Source of the DNA: Ylistrum balloti
Taxonomy: Eukaryota
NCBI RefSeq assembly: GCF_031769215.1
Contig: NW_026782099.1
Span: 2,046,001 to 2,110,000 of the forward strand
Length of the DNA stretch: 64,000 nucleotides
Reading direction: 5' to 3'
The notes under the pieces: model-generated
Databases searched by the model: none
The model's input: the letters and a program-made list of their open reading frames with translations, nothing else
Told to the model about the DNA's origin: nothing
Made by a program: the position numbers and the translations under genes
Shown: positions 10,651 to 24,487 of the stretch, in pieces
How positions within the stretch are numbered: position 1 is the first letter of the stretch
How the letters are laid out: every line of letters starts with the position of its first letter

Positions 10651-12344
10651 TGAAAGATAGCCAGAGAATTGGATAGTCATGACAGTAGGTTTCCCTCAAT
10701 ACCATACTGAAAAGTTTGAATAGCACTTATTTGACCAAACTTTGTCAAACGCCTTTAAATGGTCACAAAACACAACAATTTTTCTTTCTTGTCAATTGCA
10801 GAAGCAACATAATGAAAACGTCCGATCAGCTGATACACTGTCAAATGACCTGGGAGAAGCCCAGGCTGGTTTTATAAAAATAAAAAGACGGAAAGATTAA
10901 ATAACCAGGATAAAGGAAATGATAGTGCTCTGTTGTAGCTTTCAGCATCCGATGATTAATTTTGTCTGGTCTAACAGCTTTCTCAATAAAAAGAGTAGAC
11001 AAAATATCAAAAAAATTACTTTAGTGATATTATATCACTTAAAGAATTCGCACATTAAAAAAACGGTAAATTTACATTAGAATCACTACTACTAGAAATT
11101 ACAGGAAAACGGTCGTTAAGCAAATAATGTTTGAGGATTTGACATAAAGTTTTTAAATTTTTTCACAAAAAAACACAATGGTTAGATTTCCTAGATCTAT
11201 AAACATCCAGCTGGAGACCACTGTAAAAATGCATCTTTTCTTTATCCACTTCCTTGGAGTCAATGCTTCGGTTTTCTATTTATTGATCTGGAACTCGGAT
11301 TGTTTCTATTCCAATCTAGGAAATTCCCAGCTTTCTTAAGCTTCCGTGTATTTTTGGTGTCCACTAAGACTGAAGTTTTATCTTAGAGTCTTTGATGCTA
11401 TCTGTGTACCATGTTTTTGCTTAGTATTTCCCAGATTTACCGCGGTTTGATTTCTTGTCTTGGTCGTGGTCCATTAGTCACAGTTTCTCCCTTTATAAAA
11501 AAAAATATGTAATTTTAGCGACCCGAGTATGGGTCGGCTTTCAGGCAAAGTTTGATGTAATGCACACCAGCGTGATGCCAAAAACTATTACATTGATGGG
11601 AAGATAAAATATTTCCCGCTAACCTATGTAAATATTGGAGCTGTTGACGGTCGGTGGCTAAATACATCGACTTATCAACCACAACATCAAACAGTTTTGG
11701 AAATGACCGCAAATCTCCTGAGAGTTTACATTTTATTAGGTTTATAACGACAAATATAGACCATGAATGGTTTTGACACCTACTTCAGATCGTGGAGAAA
11801 TCGTTTATCTTACATTGATGTATTATTTATAGGTATCGTGCTGTTCTACGGTATTTATTATATATGCCTTAATGTCGACCCATGCACGGGACGGTAAAAT
11901 TTCATCTTCTATTTTTTATTTCCATTTCATTATTTTTAACAGGACGAATTCTGACCATCCGACGCAATAAAGACAAAAACTAAAATTGCAGATAGATAAT
12001 CACACTAAGTATACTACCGATGACCACCAGCAGGACATACCAACCCGTCACATGTACACTACCAAGGGACGTACAAAAATATAGACTCTAAGTCCTTGCT
12101 AGTAACTATCGTTTATAAAAACTCTGTATGACAAGCCAATTTATCATTTATTAGAGGAGCAATGTCGCTCTATATTTCATTTCAATTTTATATACATTTT
12201 TGTATACAGTATAGGATGTGCCTTATTTGGATAAATCAGATATCTGACGTAACGTGTATAGTATATAAGATATATTTTATATTGTATGAAATGTCTTACT
12301 TAGAAATTGAATTAATTTGTTGTATCATATATCCCAAATTCTAA

Positions 12345-13960
12345 ATAATTTATATCAATTGAATTTCTGTATATCACATATTCTAGATAATATATATCAA
12401 TTAAATTTCTGTATAAGGTATCTCATATTCTAAATAATAGATCTCAATTAAATTTCTGTATAAGGTATCTCATATTCTAAATAATAGATCTCAATTAAAT
12501 TTCTGTATAAAGTATCTCATATTCTAAATAATAGATCTCAATTAAATTTCTGTATAAGGTATCACATATTCTAAATAATAGATCTCAATTAAATTTCTGT
12601 ATAAGGTATCACATATTCTAAATAATAGATCTCAATTAAATTTCTGTATATCACATATTCTAAATAATAGATCTCAATTAAATTTCTGTATATCTCATAT
12701 TCTAAATAATAGATCTCAATTAAATTTCTGTATAAGGTATCCCATATTCTAAATAATAGATCTCAATTAAATTTCTGTATAAGGTATCACATATTCTAAA
12801 TAATAGATCTCAATTAAATTTCTGTATATCTCATATTCTAAATAATAGATCTCAATTAAATTTCTGTATATCTCATATTCTAAATAATAGATCTCAATTA
12901 AATTTTTGTATAAGGTATCCCATATTCTAAATAATAGATCTCAATTAAATTTCTGTATAAGGTATCACATATTCTAAATAATAGATCTCAATTAAATTTC
13001 TGTATAAGGTATCACATATTCTAAATAATAGATCTCAATTAAATTTCTGTATATCTCATATTCTAAATAATAGATCTCAATTAAATTTCTGTATATCTCA
13101 TATTCTAAATAATAGATCTCAATTAAATTTCTGTATAAGGTATCCCATATTCTAAATAATAGATCTCAATTAAATTTCTGTATAAGGTATCACATATTCT
13201 AAATAATAGATCTCAATTAAATTTCTGTATATCTCATATTCTAAATAATAGATCTCAATTAAATTTCTGTATATCTCATATTCTAAATAATAGATCTCAA
13301 TTAAATTTCTGTATAAGGTATCTCATATTCTAAATAATAGATCTCAATTAAATTTCTGTATATCTCATATTCTAAATAATAGATCTCAATTAAATTTCTG
13401 TATAAGGTATCTCATATTCTAAATAATAGATCTCAATTAAATTTCTGTATAAGGTATCACATATTCTAAATAATAGATCTCAATTAAATTTCTGTATAAG
13501 GTATCACATATTCTAAATAATAGATCTCAATTAAATTTCTGTATATCACATATTCTAAATAATAGATCTCAATTAAATTTCTGTATATCTCATATTCTAA
13601 ATAATAGATCTCAATTAAATTTCTGTATAAGGTATCCCATATTCTAAATAATAGATCTCAATTAAATTTCTGTATAAGGTATCACATATTCTAAATAATA
13701 GATCTCAATTAAATTTCTGTATAAGGTATCTCATATTCTAAATAATAGATCTCAATTAAATTTCTGTATAAGGTATCTCATATTCTAAATAATAGATCTC
13801 AATTAAATAATATATATCTAAATAATATATATCAAATTTCTGTATATCTCATATTCTAGATAATATATCTCAATTAAATTTCCGTATATCTCATATTCTA
13901 GATAATATATTTCCATCAAATTTCTGTATAACATATCTCATATTATATATAAGGCATCAC
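12345..13960. repeat. AT-rich 47/41-bp satellite with two length variants
   Basis: Unit CTCAATTAAATTTCTGTAT[AAGGTA]ATC(T/A/C)CATATTCTAAATAATAGAT-like; the short variant lacks 6 bp. Core ~12390-13810. Confidence 0.97.
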
Positions 13961-16904
13961 ATATGATTTATAAACTTTCATATCTCGTTAAAAGAAAGTT
14001 GAAGGTGACTTTGAACTATTCAAGGTGATCTTTCAACATAATGAGAGTTTACCTTTATTGATCTTTAAGACCAATGAAACGTCTACAGAACCAGTACCAC
14101 GGGAAAGGAACAGTGTCATCCGATGTAGTCCAAATCATTCTCGGGGAGACTTACTTTTTCTTTTCCTTGCCACGAAGTCTCATTCTCTACATGACATTTC
14201 ATATAGAAACAAGATTTCAGTTTCACGACATAAGATATTTTATCTAGACATATAAGATAATATGTTATATACTATATATAATATGTCTAATATGTTATAA
14301 GAGATATCTCAAATATTCTAAATTATATAAGATATTTCATATAATAGATAAGATATCTCATATAATTTTGTGAAACACAAGAATGACATTGAATTTTGAA
14401 TAAATGATGAGGTAGCTTGCCACAACTCTGGTGTTTCTCGGCCAGGGGACAAAATCCAGTTCCTTCCTTACATTGCCGAATGTTTAACTAAAGGTCAAAA
14501 GTGGGTGAGCAGTGGGGAAAAGTCGGGAAAAGTTGTAGAAAAGATCAGACCCTGAATTGTCGCTGCTTCTTATGATTATGTAATGGTGCAACAGGAACAA
14601 AGGAGAGAAAAGTTCAGATCCTAGATATAATCGGGTCGATTCTTACGCCCTATTTACAGCCCATTCAGCAATTAACATTTTGTATATACGACACTATGTA
14701 AGAAAAGTCACCTAGAGTTGCCTCCCCTGTGACAGTAGTTTCTATCTGAAATCTTTTTGTTCAAACAATATTTATTCAATATAACAACGAAGTAAACATG
14801 TTTATTTTGCATTTGGGATATGAAAACAAGCTTTGGGTTTATATGAGTTCCTTTTTGATATGACTATATTTTATATCTCAGACAAATACCCCACCGGAAT
14901 ATTTCGTTCTATTTTCTATTGGAATGCTGTTCATCTGCCATATCATATTGGAAAGTTAACATTGCATCTTCGAAATTTACGATAAACATTAGCTTGGTGG
15001 ACATCTAGCAGATAATTATATAGTATGTCCTTTTAGGGGAATCGAAAAGATCGCTTTTTCCAAATATATATGAACATATCTTTGAAAGTATGAAAAAAAG
15101 AACACTTTTCAATCATCGTATTCTAATAGATTCTTTATTTTCAAAAAAAATGATAAATAATATTCATCAAAGATAGTTTTCATACAGTTGTGTATTTCAT
15201 TTTTTTCAAACACGTTTGTAACTCAGTTTGTTAAGAATGGATTCCATACATTAAAACGTACGATGCAGATATTTTCAGCATAATAATTTGTTTACAGAAC
15301 TTCAAATGCAATTATCCAACCAAAATAGATAGGCCTCTATAATCATGTGATTAAAAAAAGATTGAGGATGGGGTGAGGTGGGGAAGGGGGAGGGGTCTCT
15401 TAATTAAGATGGAGACCGGAAATGGAGATAAATCTTCCCCATGTTTAACCCTGGAACTACAATACAAGTATGCTACAACGCGACACGTTAAATGACTTCA
15501 GCCTTAATTCCATTGTACGTGTTGATTATAACTTTAAACCATGACTTATGTCACATATTATTAATAAAAGTGATTAGTAATATTCTTTAGACACTGTCGA
15601 ACGCTTTCTCCAATCAACGAAAGCACTATACAATTATACTGGACTATATCAAAATATGTAATCAATAGCAGATTTTTGCCTTTAAAACCCGCTCTGTTCT
15701 CGAGTAAAAGTTCAACATTGTCTGTGTTATTATTGAGTGTTCATTAATACTAATTGATGTGATTAGTCAAAAATTCTTTGCGTCAGACATACACCACCTC
15801 TCCTCAAATTTAAAAAAAAAATGATAAACATCTCGTATATTACCAACATCAAATATATTACAAAATATTTTGAAGAATATCGCTATGTCTACTGTAGATT
15901 TAATCTATTCGTTACATAGTAGACTTTCACCTACAGATTTATTACATTTCAATAACGATTTCAGATCATCATACAGGTGAATTATGAAAACATCTGTACC
16001 CAGGTTCGACAACTCTTCGAGTTATTCAATAGACACTATTTATAAGGTCGTCACTTCACTCAACATCACTGAGTAATACGTACTACAACCGTAAAGATCA
16101 TCAATGGCTGTCTTACATATTTTGTTTAATATTTTCAGGTTGTTGTTTTTGTTGCTTTAGTTTACAACTGATTTGAATGGTAGAGACACAAATGTAATGT
16201 GTATAGGAGTTTAACCTAAATGTATGCGTCATGTAATTAGAGACAATTGGCTTTGTGATATCAGTAGTATTGAATAACACGCTCTACGGTGCATTTCGTT
16301 AGGGGACTAACACAAAGCATGGACACGGACATATACCTAATGTTAGCAGCACATATAAGGTATGTATTCTATGGAATACACCCATTATATATCGACTTCA
16401 TACTGTCGTACAATACTTGATTATAATTCTAGAGGCATGCTTAGTCGATAAGCTATGGCTTTATTGTGATTGTAATATTAGGCCTACGCGAGTCAGTAGC
16501 TTCCGTTTTTTGAAAAAAATACGTTAATTCCCTTTATTAGGAAAGTCACATAATAATGAGATAATGTTACACCTTCCTGAATAATCCTGAATAAGTCAGT
16601 GCACCTTCCTCATAGACGACATAATGAATGCGTAGCCCTGTTTTAAACCCGCCAGTGGGACTCGTTTATTTGTACGTGTGACGATGTAATCGGGGTTTTC
16701 CCGCCATGTTCCCTTTTAGCAACGGTTACTTGTTTGTACTACCGACTGATGTATGTTTTCTCTACCCACCAGTGTAACCATTGTTACTTCTATGTAGTAC
16801 ACCGACAGATGGTGATTCGATAAGGTTATCTTTTCTAAAGTCAGATTTACTTTCACTTTCCATAAAAGACCAAGATATCACCCCCACCCCACCCCGATTG
16901 TGTG

Positions 16905-16965
16905 GGGTGTGTGTGTGTGTGTGTGAAGGTGTGTGAAGTGTGTGGTGTGTATAGTGAGTGTGTGT
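16905..16965. repeat. Imperfect (GT)n microsatellite
   Basis: GTGTGTGTGTGTGTGTG core with interrupted flanks. Confidence 0.85.
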
Positions 16966-18069
16966 GGTGGGCTATGAAAAAAATAAGATTTGCTATTAAC
17001 CCGTGCGCTTTTCAATGTCCGGCTCCAATATTACGTAGTTAGAAAACTCAATAATATATTAACAAGCGCTTTCTTGATCGTGATTATAAACCAATAGCAA
17101 ATATGGCGCTGTCAAAAATGTTTACAAATTCACAAATAATGAAAAAAACCCTCAATTTATACCTGTCACATGTCAAAAAGTTATCTGGAGCACTGTATTG
17201 TACATAAATAAACGAACAAATAATTTACCTGTCACTCGAGTATGGGGAATGCTAGGATTGACCACCACCTGTCTGTCATGGATATGTATGCCGATTAGAA
17301 TAAATTCAGCAAGCAGAAAAATAGGTTGAGTTGTAATTAACGAGAAGGGCTATAACTCCAACTAACTGTAGAGACAGATTCCCCCTTGCCAGTTGAAACT
17401 CGGGACACAGTGTACCCCTAACAATGTATTTATATAAATGAGAAAACCAGGAGGGGCGCGTGTCTTGAATTTCACTAATTTGGGGTGTTTTGTACCCTCA
17501 GTTTTCCATAAGTAAATCTGTGCAGTGTACCGTGCCCTTTACTTAAAGGTGAAAATCAAATAGCTATATAATACATATTATATATTCTAACCTCAGTCCT
17601 CTAACTGTTGAAGGAGTTTAGATGTGCTGAAACGCTATGAGCATTATACTTAAATTAAGTCAAGGTGACATTCAGCTGGAGGTAGCGGCCGTAAGCAAGA
17701 ATGGAACTAAATCAGTGGTTTTTTGTTTTGTTTGTTTGGTTGGTTTTTTTAAAATAAAAATTCGTACCTAATAATCCAATTTCTTGGATGATTCCAGCAT
17801 ACTGTACAAGAAGTCTTTATTAGTTTCTGTAGCTGGTATCTTATCGAATGCACCCGACTTGTACGGGAGATCACTCTACTAACGAAGTCAACATGAGCCC
17901 AGCCTCTGAGGTATTTTAACCTATAAGTTTTACTAATGATGATAGCTTAATCAGTGGAAAATATGACAGGTAGGTGAGACTTGTGGCTGTAAAGATGTAT
18001 GAACGTTCAATTGGAATGGATATTTCATAGATAAATCTCCAGAACGGAATGATATGTTTGTTTTAACAG

Positions 18070-18460
18070 ATCCCATTGAATATGATACTACTGAATACAT
18101 AGCACAATGACACATCTATCTGTAAATTACATACTAGTGTAATGTGCAGTGTATATATTGACTTAGAATCTGCTTTTGAATTCAGAGAACATTGTCACCA
18201 ATTAACATATGATGAATTTGATATAACAATTAAGGCCGAGCTGTTTACTCATCGAAGACCCAGTGTTCATACCCAGAGACATATATGACACATAATATGT
18301 CTCTGTCATACCCATGTACATGATATCAACAAAACCAAACTGCAGGCAATTAGTAAATCACTGGAGACAGGTCGCTTAATTCCAAGAAAAAAATGGAAAT
18401 TCTGGGAAAGCTCCACATAATAGACTGTCCAGGAATGACAGACAGCACATCAAGACAGTT
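18070..18460 (+). pseudogene. Relic of a putative DNA transposase (DUF7869-associated, possibly Sola-like family)
   Basis: After acceptor TTTTAACAG: CKLHTSVMCSVYIDLESAFEFREHCHQLTYDEFDITIKAEL ... HVHDINKTKLQAISKSLETGRLIPRK-(fs)-NGNSGKAPHNRLSRND. This resembles, from memory, the C..C....R..C.eL...E.D and PR.HGN.G..PHN motifs of this invertebrate family. Stops and frameshifts present. Confidence 0.5.
18274..18305. mobile_element. 32-bp micro-MITE with 11-bp TIRs and 7-bp TSD
   Basis: TCATACC|CAGAGACATAT-ATGACACATA-ATATGTCTCTG|TCATACC. Removing it deletes an in-frame TGA and gives continuous ...RRPSVHTHVHDINK... Confidence 0.75.
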
Positions 18461-19429
18461 TGACCAAATAGGTGTAATCTCAGTTGTTGAAACTATTTTT
18501 TTTAAATTGTACATGGAATGTCTCCCTTTGCTGCATGCTTTTTGTTATATGGTAAATGTGTGCTGTTATGAGGACTTATGATTCATACTTTAAAATATAC
18601 TGTTTCTTGTTATTTCATATGATTGTTTGACTTTTAGGGATTTAGATATGTTATATTTGAATGGGGTGTTGAATACAGTTACCTGTTAGGTCATTATTTG
18701 ACTCTGGGTTTGTTTTGTGCATGTTAAATTCTAGATCCAAGATCAACAACATAGTATCTAATGTGGATTTTCTCTGTGATGGTAATACAGAGACCACTTA
18801 TATTTTGGATCTATATATTTCACAATGAAGGCTTTCAGAAAATGTATCAATCTCAAGTTAATGATTTTCCCTCAATCTGGCCCCACTTTCACATACACAG
18901 TCACACATTTTGTTCGTAATCTGAATGAAGTAAGAAAGTATATGATCCTAGTCTGTAAACAATATTTAACTTAATAAACCTGAATGGCCGGGATTAAACA
19001 GGGCATTGTGCTTGTACTATTTATCAAATTACGAATTTGGTGTGAATATTAATAATTACCTTGTAGGGAAGTATATACCGGAAGTGACAAAGTCATCAAG
19101 TACAAGATCTTCTGTTTTCAATAATGAGCTGGTGTTTGAAGTTTATGATCAATTTTGCATTTGTATATGGATAGTTAATTGTTTTTATGTAAGTTAAAAT
19201 TCCATAATGTTAGGTAATAACAGCTTGTACACAACATTTATGTAGCATGAATACCAGCAATGCTCCAGCTAGCATTGCTGTTCAGTTGGCAGAATGAGAC
19301 TCATTCCTTTTGTCTTATATGTCTTTAAATATCAATATGTGGTGAGGGAATGAGTGTGTATTTGGTATTATTAAATTACTAATTTACCAGAGAAATAATT
19401 AATCCATTTGTCCGGTATGAGAGTTGTTA

Positions 19430-21960
19430 GTGTGTTAATGATTCTGTGAGAGTATTTAGGGATACTGTGAGAATTGTTAGGGATACTGTGAGAGTTGTTA
19501 GGGATACTGTGAGAGTTGTTACGGATGCTGTGAGAATTCTTAGTTACACTGTTATAATTGTTAGTGATACTGTTATAATTGTTAGAGATACTGTGAATGA
19601 GAGTTGCTAGGGATACTGTGATAGTTGCTAGTGATACTGTGAGAGTTGTTAGGGATACTGTGAGAGTTGTTAGGGATACTGTGAGAATTGTAAAGGATAC
19701 TGTGAGCGTTGCTAGGGATACTATGATAGTTATTAGGGATACTTTGTGAATTGTTAGGGGTACTGTGAGAGTATTTAGGGATACTGTGAGAATTCTTAGT
19801 TACACTGTTATAATTGTTAGTGATACTGTTATAATTGTTAAAGATAATTAACTTGTGCTAGGGATACTGTGATAGTTGTTAGGGATACTGTGATAATTGT
19901 AAGGGATACTGTGATAGTTGTTAGGGATACTGTGAGAGTTGTTAGGGATACTGTGAGAGTATTTAGGGATACTGTGAGAATTCTTAGTTACACTGTTATA
20001 ATTGTTAGTGATACTGTTATAATTGTTAAAGATAATTAACTTGGAGGTACTGTGAGAGTTGTAAGGGATACTGTGATAATTGTAAGGGATACTGTGAGAA
20101 TTGTTAGGGATACTGTGATAGTTGTTAGGGATACTGTGATAGTCGTAAGGGATACTATGAGAGTTGTTAGGGATACTGTGAGAGTTGTTAGGGATACTGT
20201 GATAGTTGTTAGGGATACTGTGATAATTGTTAGGGATACTGTGAGAGTTGTAAGGGATACTGTGAAAGTTGTTAGGGATACTGTGATAGTTGTAAGGGAT
20301 ACTGTGACAGTTGTTAGGGATACTGTGAAAGTTGTTAAGGATACTTTGATAATTGATAGGGATACTGAGAGTGTTGTTAGGGATATTCTGAGTTTTTTAG
20401 TGAAACTTAGACAATTGTTAGGAATATTGTGAGAGCCGTTAGGGATACTGTGATGGTTGTTAGGGTTACTGTGATAGTTGTTAGGGATGCTATGTGTTTT
20501 GTTATGGATGCTGTGTGCGAGAGACACTGGGGATACGGTGAGAATTGTTAGGGATACTGATAGAATTGTTAGGAATACTGATAGAATTGTTAGTGATACT
20601 GATAGAATTGTTAGGGATACTGTTAGAGTTGTAAGGGATACTGATAGAATTGTTAGTGATACTGTTATAATTGTTAGAGATACTGTGAATGAGAGAATTG
20701 TTAGGTTACACTGATACTGTGATAATTGTTAGGGATACTGTGAGAGTTGTAAGTTAAGGTTACTGTGATAGTTGTTAGGGATACTGTGATAGTCGTAAGG
20801 GATACTATGAGAGTTGTTTGGGATACTGTGATAGTTGTTAGGGATACTGTGATAATTGTTAGGGATACTATATAATTGTTAGTTATTAGGGATGATTTGT
20901 GAATTGTTAGGGATACTGTGAGAGTTGTATTTAGGGATACTGTGAGAATTCTTAGTTACACTGTTATAATTGTTAGTGATACTTTTATAATTGTTAAAGA
21001 TAATTAACTTGTGCTAGGGATACTGTGATAGTTGTTAGGGATACTGTGATAATTGTAAGGGATACTGTGATAGTTGTTAGGGATACTGTGAGAGTTGTTA
21101 GGGATACTGCCAGAGTTGTTAGGGATACTATGGGCGAGAGTTATTAGGGATACTGTGAGAATTGTTAGGGATATTGTGAGAGTTGTAAGGGATACTGTGA
21201 GAGTTATTAGTGATGCTATGATAGTTGTAAGGGATACTGTGAGAGTGCTTAGGGATACTGTGAGAGTTTTTAGGGATATTGAGAGAGTTGTTAGGGATAC
21301 TGTGAGAGTTATTAGGGATACTGTGATAGTTGTTAGGGATACTGTGAGAGTTGTTAGGGATACTGTGAGAGTTATTAGGGGGGATACTGTGAGAGTTGTT
21401 AGGGATACTGTGACAGTTGTTAGGGATACTGTGACAGTTGTTAGGGATACTGTGAAAGTTGTTAAGGATACTTTGATAATTGATAGGGATACTGAGAGTG
21501 TTGTTAGGGATATTCTGAGTTTTTTAGTGAAACTTAGACAGTTGTTAGGAATATTGTGAGAGCCGTTAGGGATACTGTGATGGTTGTTAGGGTTACTGCG
21601 ATAGTTGTTAGGGATGCTATGTGTTTTGTTATGGATGCTGTGTGCGAGAGAGAACTGGGGATACGATAGAATTGTTAGAATTGTTAGGGATACTGATAGA
21701 ATTGTTAGGGATACTGATAGAATTGTTAGTGATACTGATAGAATTGTTAGGGATACTGATAGAATTGTTAGGGATACTGATAGAATTGTTAGTGATACTG
21801 ATAGAATTGTTAGTGATACTGATAGAATTGTTAGGGATACTGATAGAATTGTTAGTGATACTGATAGAATTGTTAGGGATACTGTTATAATTGTTAGGGA
21901 TACAATGCTTGTTGTTATTGGTGTTTTGTTAATTGTTAGGGGTACAGTGAGAGTTATTGA
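19430..21960. repeat. 21-bp minisatellite with mosaic higher-order block duplications
   Basis: Unit AGGGATACTGTGAGAGTTGTT; a ~230-bp block at ~20297-20523 recurs at ~21425-21650. Confidence 0.95.
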
Positions 21961-23054
21961 TAATGTGAGATTTTGTTGTTGGTTTGGACTCAATGACAGT
22001 TGTTATGGATGTTCGTGTTATTAAATACAGGAAGTAAGGAAATTATGGATGTTGTGAGGGTTGCTAGGAATGCTGTTAAGAGTAATATAATGAAGGCAAA
22101 GGTAATATTGTGTATCAAATGGATAAAGGTTCTTACTGGAGTTTCCGCCATAGTTTGATGAAACAAGTTTTAAACTTTTTTCATTTTATCCAGCCTCGAC
22201 AACTTTTGGTTTAAGTATATGTAAGAAATCAGGCAAAATATCAGCTTTACAGGCGCAATTTATAACAATAGTGAATAAAAACATGTCAATGCGTATTTTT
22301 TTTTAAACCGAAAATATCATTGGAATTCCTAAGTGTTCTGACTATCGGCGATTTAATTTTTGTCTTGTTCGCGGTCAGAATTTCTCCATGATAATTTCTC
22401 CAGATCGCCAAATTTTGCATTGTTGACATTTCTGTTAAGTTTTATATGTAATTAACAAAAAGTCGCCATCATCAAATCATACGTTGATGGAAAGATAAAC
22501 ATTTTTCTGCTAACTCTCACAGAATTCCTCTACACATGTCCTAGAAAACCTACTATTGGGGCAAATCTCACGATAGGTTCACTACAGTTGTTGTTACAAT
22601 GAATTCTCAACACAGGGAGTGAAAGACAGATAAATGAAATAACTGTTAAACGCATGTCTTATACATGGGTCCAGTGGCCAGATATTACTCAGCCCTATGA
22701 TTCAATACTAATTAATTATATGAGTCAAATGGTATCGAACACCGATCGGTAGTCAACCAATGGATTCAGTCTTTTTATAAGCACAGTAAGAAGAATTTAA
22801 ACGTTTGTCAAGGGCTTGCGGCTTTGTCAGTAGACCTCAGATAATCATCTGTCTATGACTAATCAGGCAGTTTCCTTGAATAAAACTTTTATCAGCTTCC
22901 GAGTAACATGACCAGATAGTTTTAGGACTGGACTCGACTCCTATGAATGAGTGGTCATCTCCTACTTTTCTACAGACTCTGATTCCTGCTGAACTTCTCC
23001 ATTGTCCTCACCATCAGCAAGTTCTCAATCCATCTCGTAGTCCGTACTATCTGC

Positions 23055-24347
23055 CAGCTCAACCACTGTAAATCCGATGGCATCTCACTCGTCTCCACCA
23101 ACTACTGTCAGCTCAACCACTGTAAATCTGGGGGCATCTGACTTGCCTCCACTAACTTCTGTCAGCTCAACCGTGGTAAGTCCGGTGGCATATCACACGT
23201 CTCCACTAACTACTGTCAGCTAAACCGCCGTAAGTCTGATGGCATCTCGCTTGTCTCCACCAACTGCTGTCAGCTCAACCATGGTAAGTCCGGTGGCATC
23301 TCACACGTCTCCACCAACTGCTGTCAGCTCAACCATGGTAAGTCCGGTGGCATCTCACACGTCTCCACCAACTGCTGTCAGCTCAACCATGGTAAGTCCG
23401 GTGGCATCTCACTTGTCTCCACTAACTACTGTCAGCTCAACCACTGTAAGTCCGGTGGCATCTCACTCGTCTCCACCAACTACTGTCAGCTCACCCGCGG
23501 TAAGTCCGGTGGCATCTCACACATCTCCCCCAACTACTGTCAGCTCAACTACGGTGAGTCCGATGGCATCTCGCTTGTCTCCACCAACTGCTGTCAGCTC
23601 AACCATGGTAAGTCCGGTGGCATCTCACACTTCTCCACCAACTACTGTCAGCTCAACCACTGTAAATCCGGTGGCATCTCACACTTCTCCACCAACTACT
23701 GTCAGCTCAACCACTGTAAATCCGGTGGCATCTCACTCGTCTCCACTAACTACTGTCAGTTCATCCACGGTAAGTCCGGTGGCATCTCCCACGTCTCCAC
23801 CAACTACTGTCAGCTCAACCGCGGTAAGTCCGGTGGCATCTCACACGTCTCCACCAACTACTGTCAGCTCAACCACTAAGTCCGATGGCATCTCACTCAT
23901 CTCCACCAACTACTGTCAGCTCAACCACTGTAAGTCTGGTGGCATCTCACTCGTCTCCACCAACTACTGTCAGCTCAACCACTGTAAGTCCGGTGGCATC
24001 TCACTCGTCTCCACCAACTACTGTCAGCTCAACCGCGGTAAGTCCGGTGGCATGTCACACATCACCCCAACTACTGTCAGCTCAACTACGGTGAGTCCGG
24101 TGGCATCTCACTCGTCTCCACTAACTACTGTCAGCTCAACCACTGTAAATCCGGTGGCATCTCACTCGTCTCCACCAACTACTGTCAGTTCATCCACGGT
24201 AAGTCCGGTGGCATCTCACTCGCCTCCACCAACTACTGTCAGCTCAACCACTGTAAATCCGGTGGCATCTCACTCGTCTCCACTAACTACTGTCAGCTCA
24301 ACCACAGTAAGTCAGGTGGCATCTCACTCGTCTCCACCAACTGCTGT
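23055..24347. repeat. 54-bp minisatellite (gives a mucin-like S/T/P ORF at 23239-24453)
   Basis: Unit GTCAGCTCAACCACTGTAAGTCCGGTGGCATCTCACTCGTCTCCACCAACTACT, ~24 copies. Confidence 0.93.
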
Positions 24348-24487
24348 AAACAAGATACCAAACACGTTTGAAATTCATACATTATTCAAAAGACACCCCA
24401 TTATGACTGTGACCATTCAAGTTATAGTTTTTATTGTTCTTGTTCTGCCTTAAACTGTTAATGTCACCTTGTCAACAGATAACAACA

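Noticed and set aside
8707-10680. ORFs of VVHVVTGYTG / HVPRQYNLLL repeats (up to 352 aa)
   Set aside because: Products of a 30-bp unit with stop-free frames; open on both strands, with sporadic stops and no unique domain or splice context.
11150-11470. Weak LINE-linker-like peptide WYTDSIKDSK on the minus strand
   Set aside because: Too short and degenerate to call.
11595-11725. Possible minus-strand exon (DLRSFPKLFDVVVDKSMYLATDRQQLQYLH) with AG/GT borders
   Set aside because: No recognisable family and no partner exons found; could be chance.
17541-17560. TTAAAGGTGAAAA as a possible left terminus of the Kolobok-like relic
   Set aside because: It does not match the reverse complement of the candidate right end at ~26200-26220.
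20036-22024. RVVRDTV / LTTLTVS ORFs
   Set aside because: Translation of the 21-bp minisatellite.
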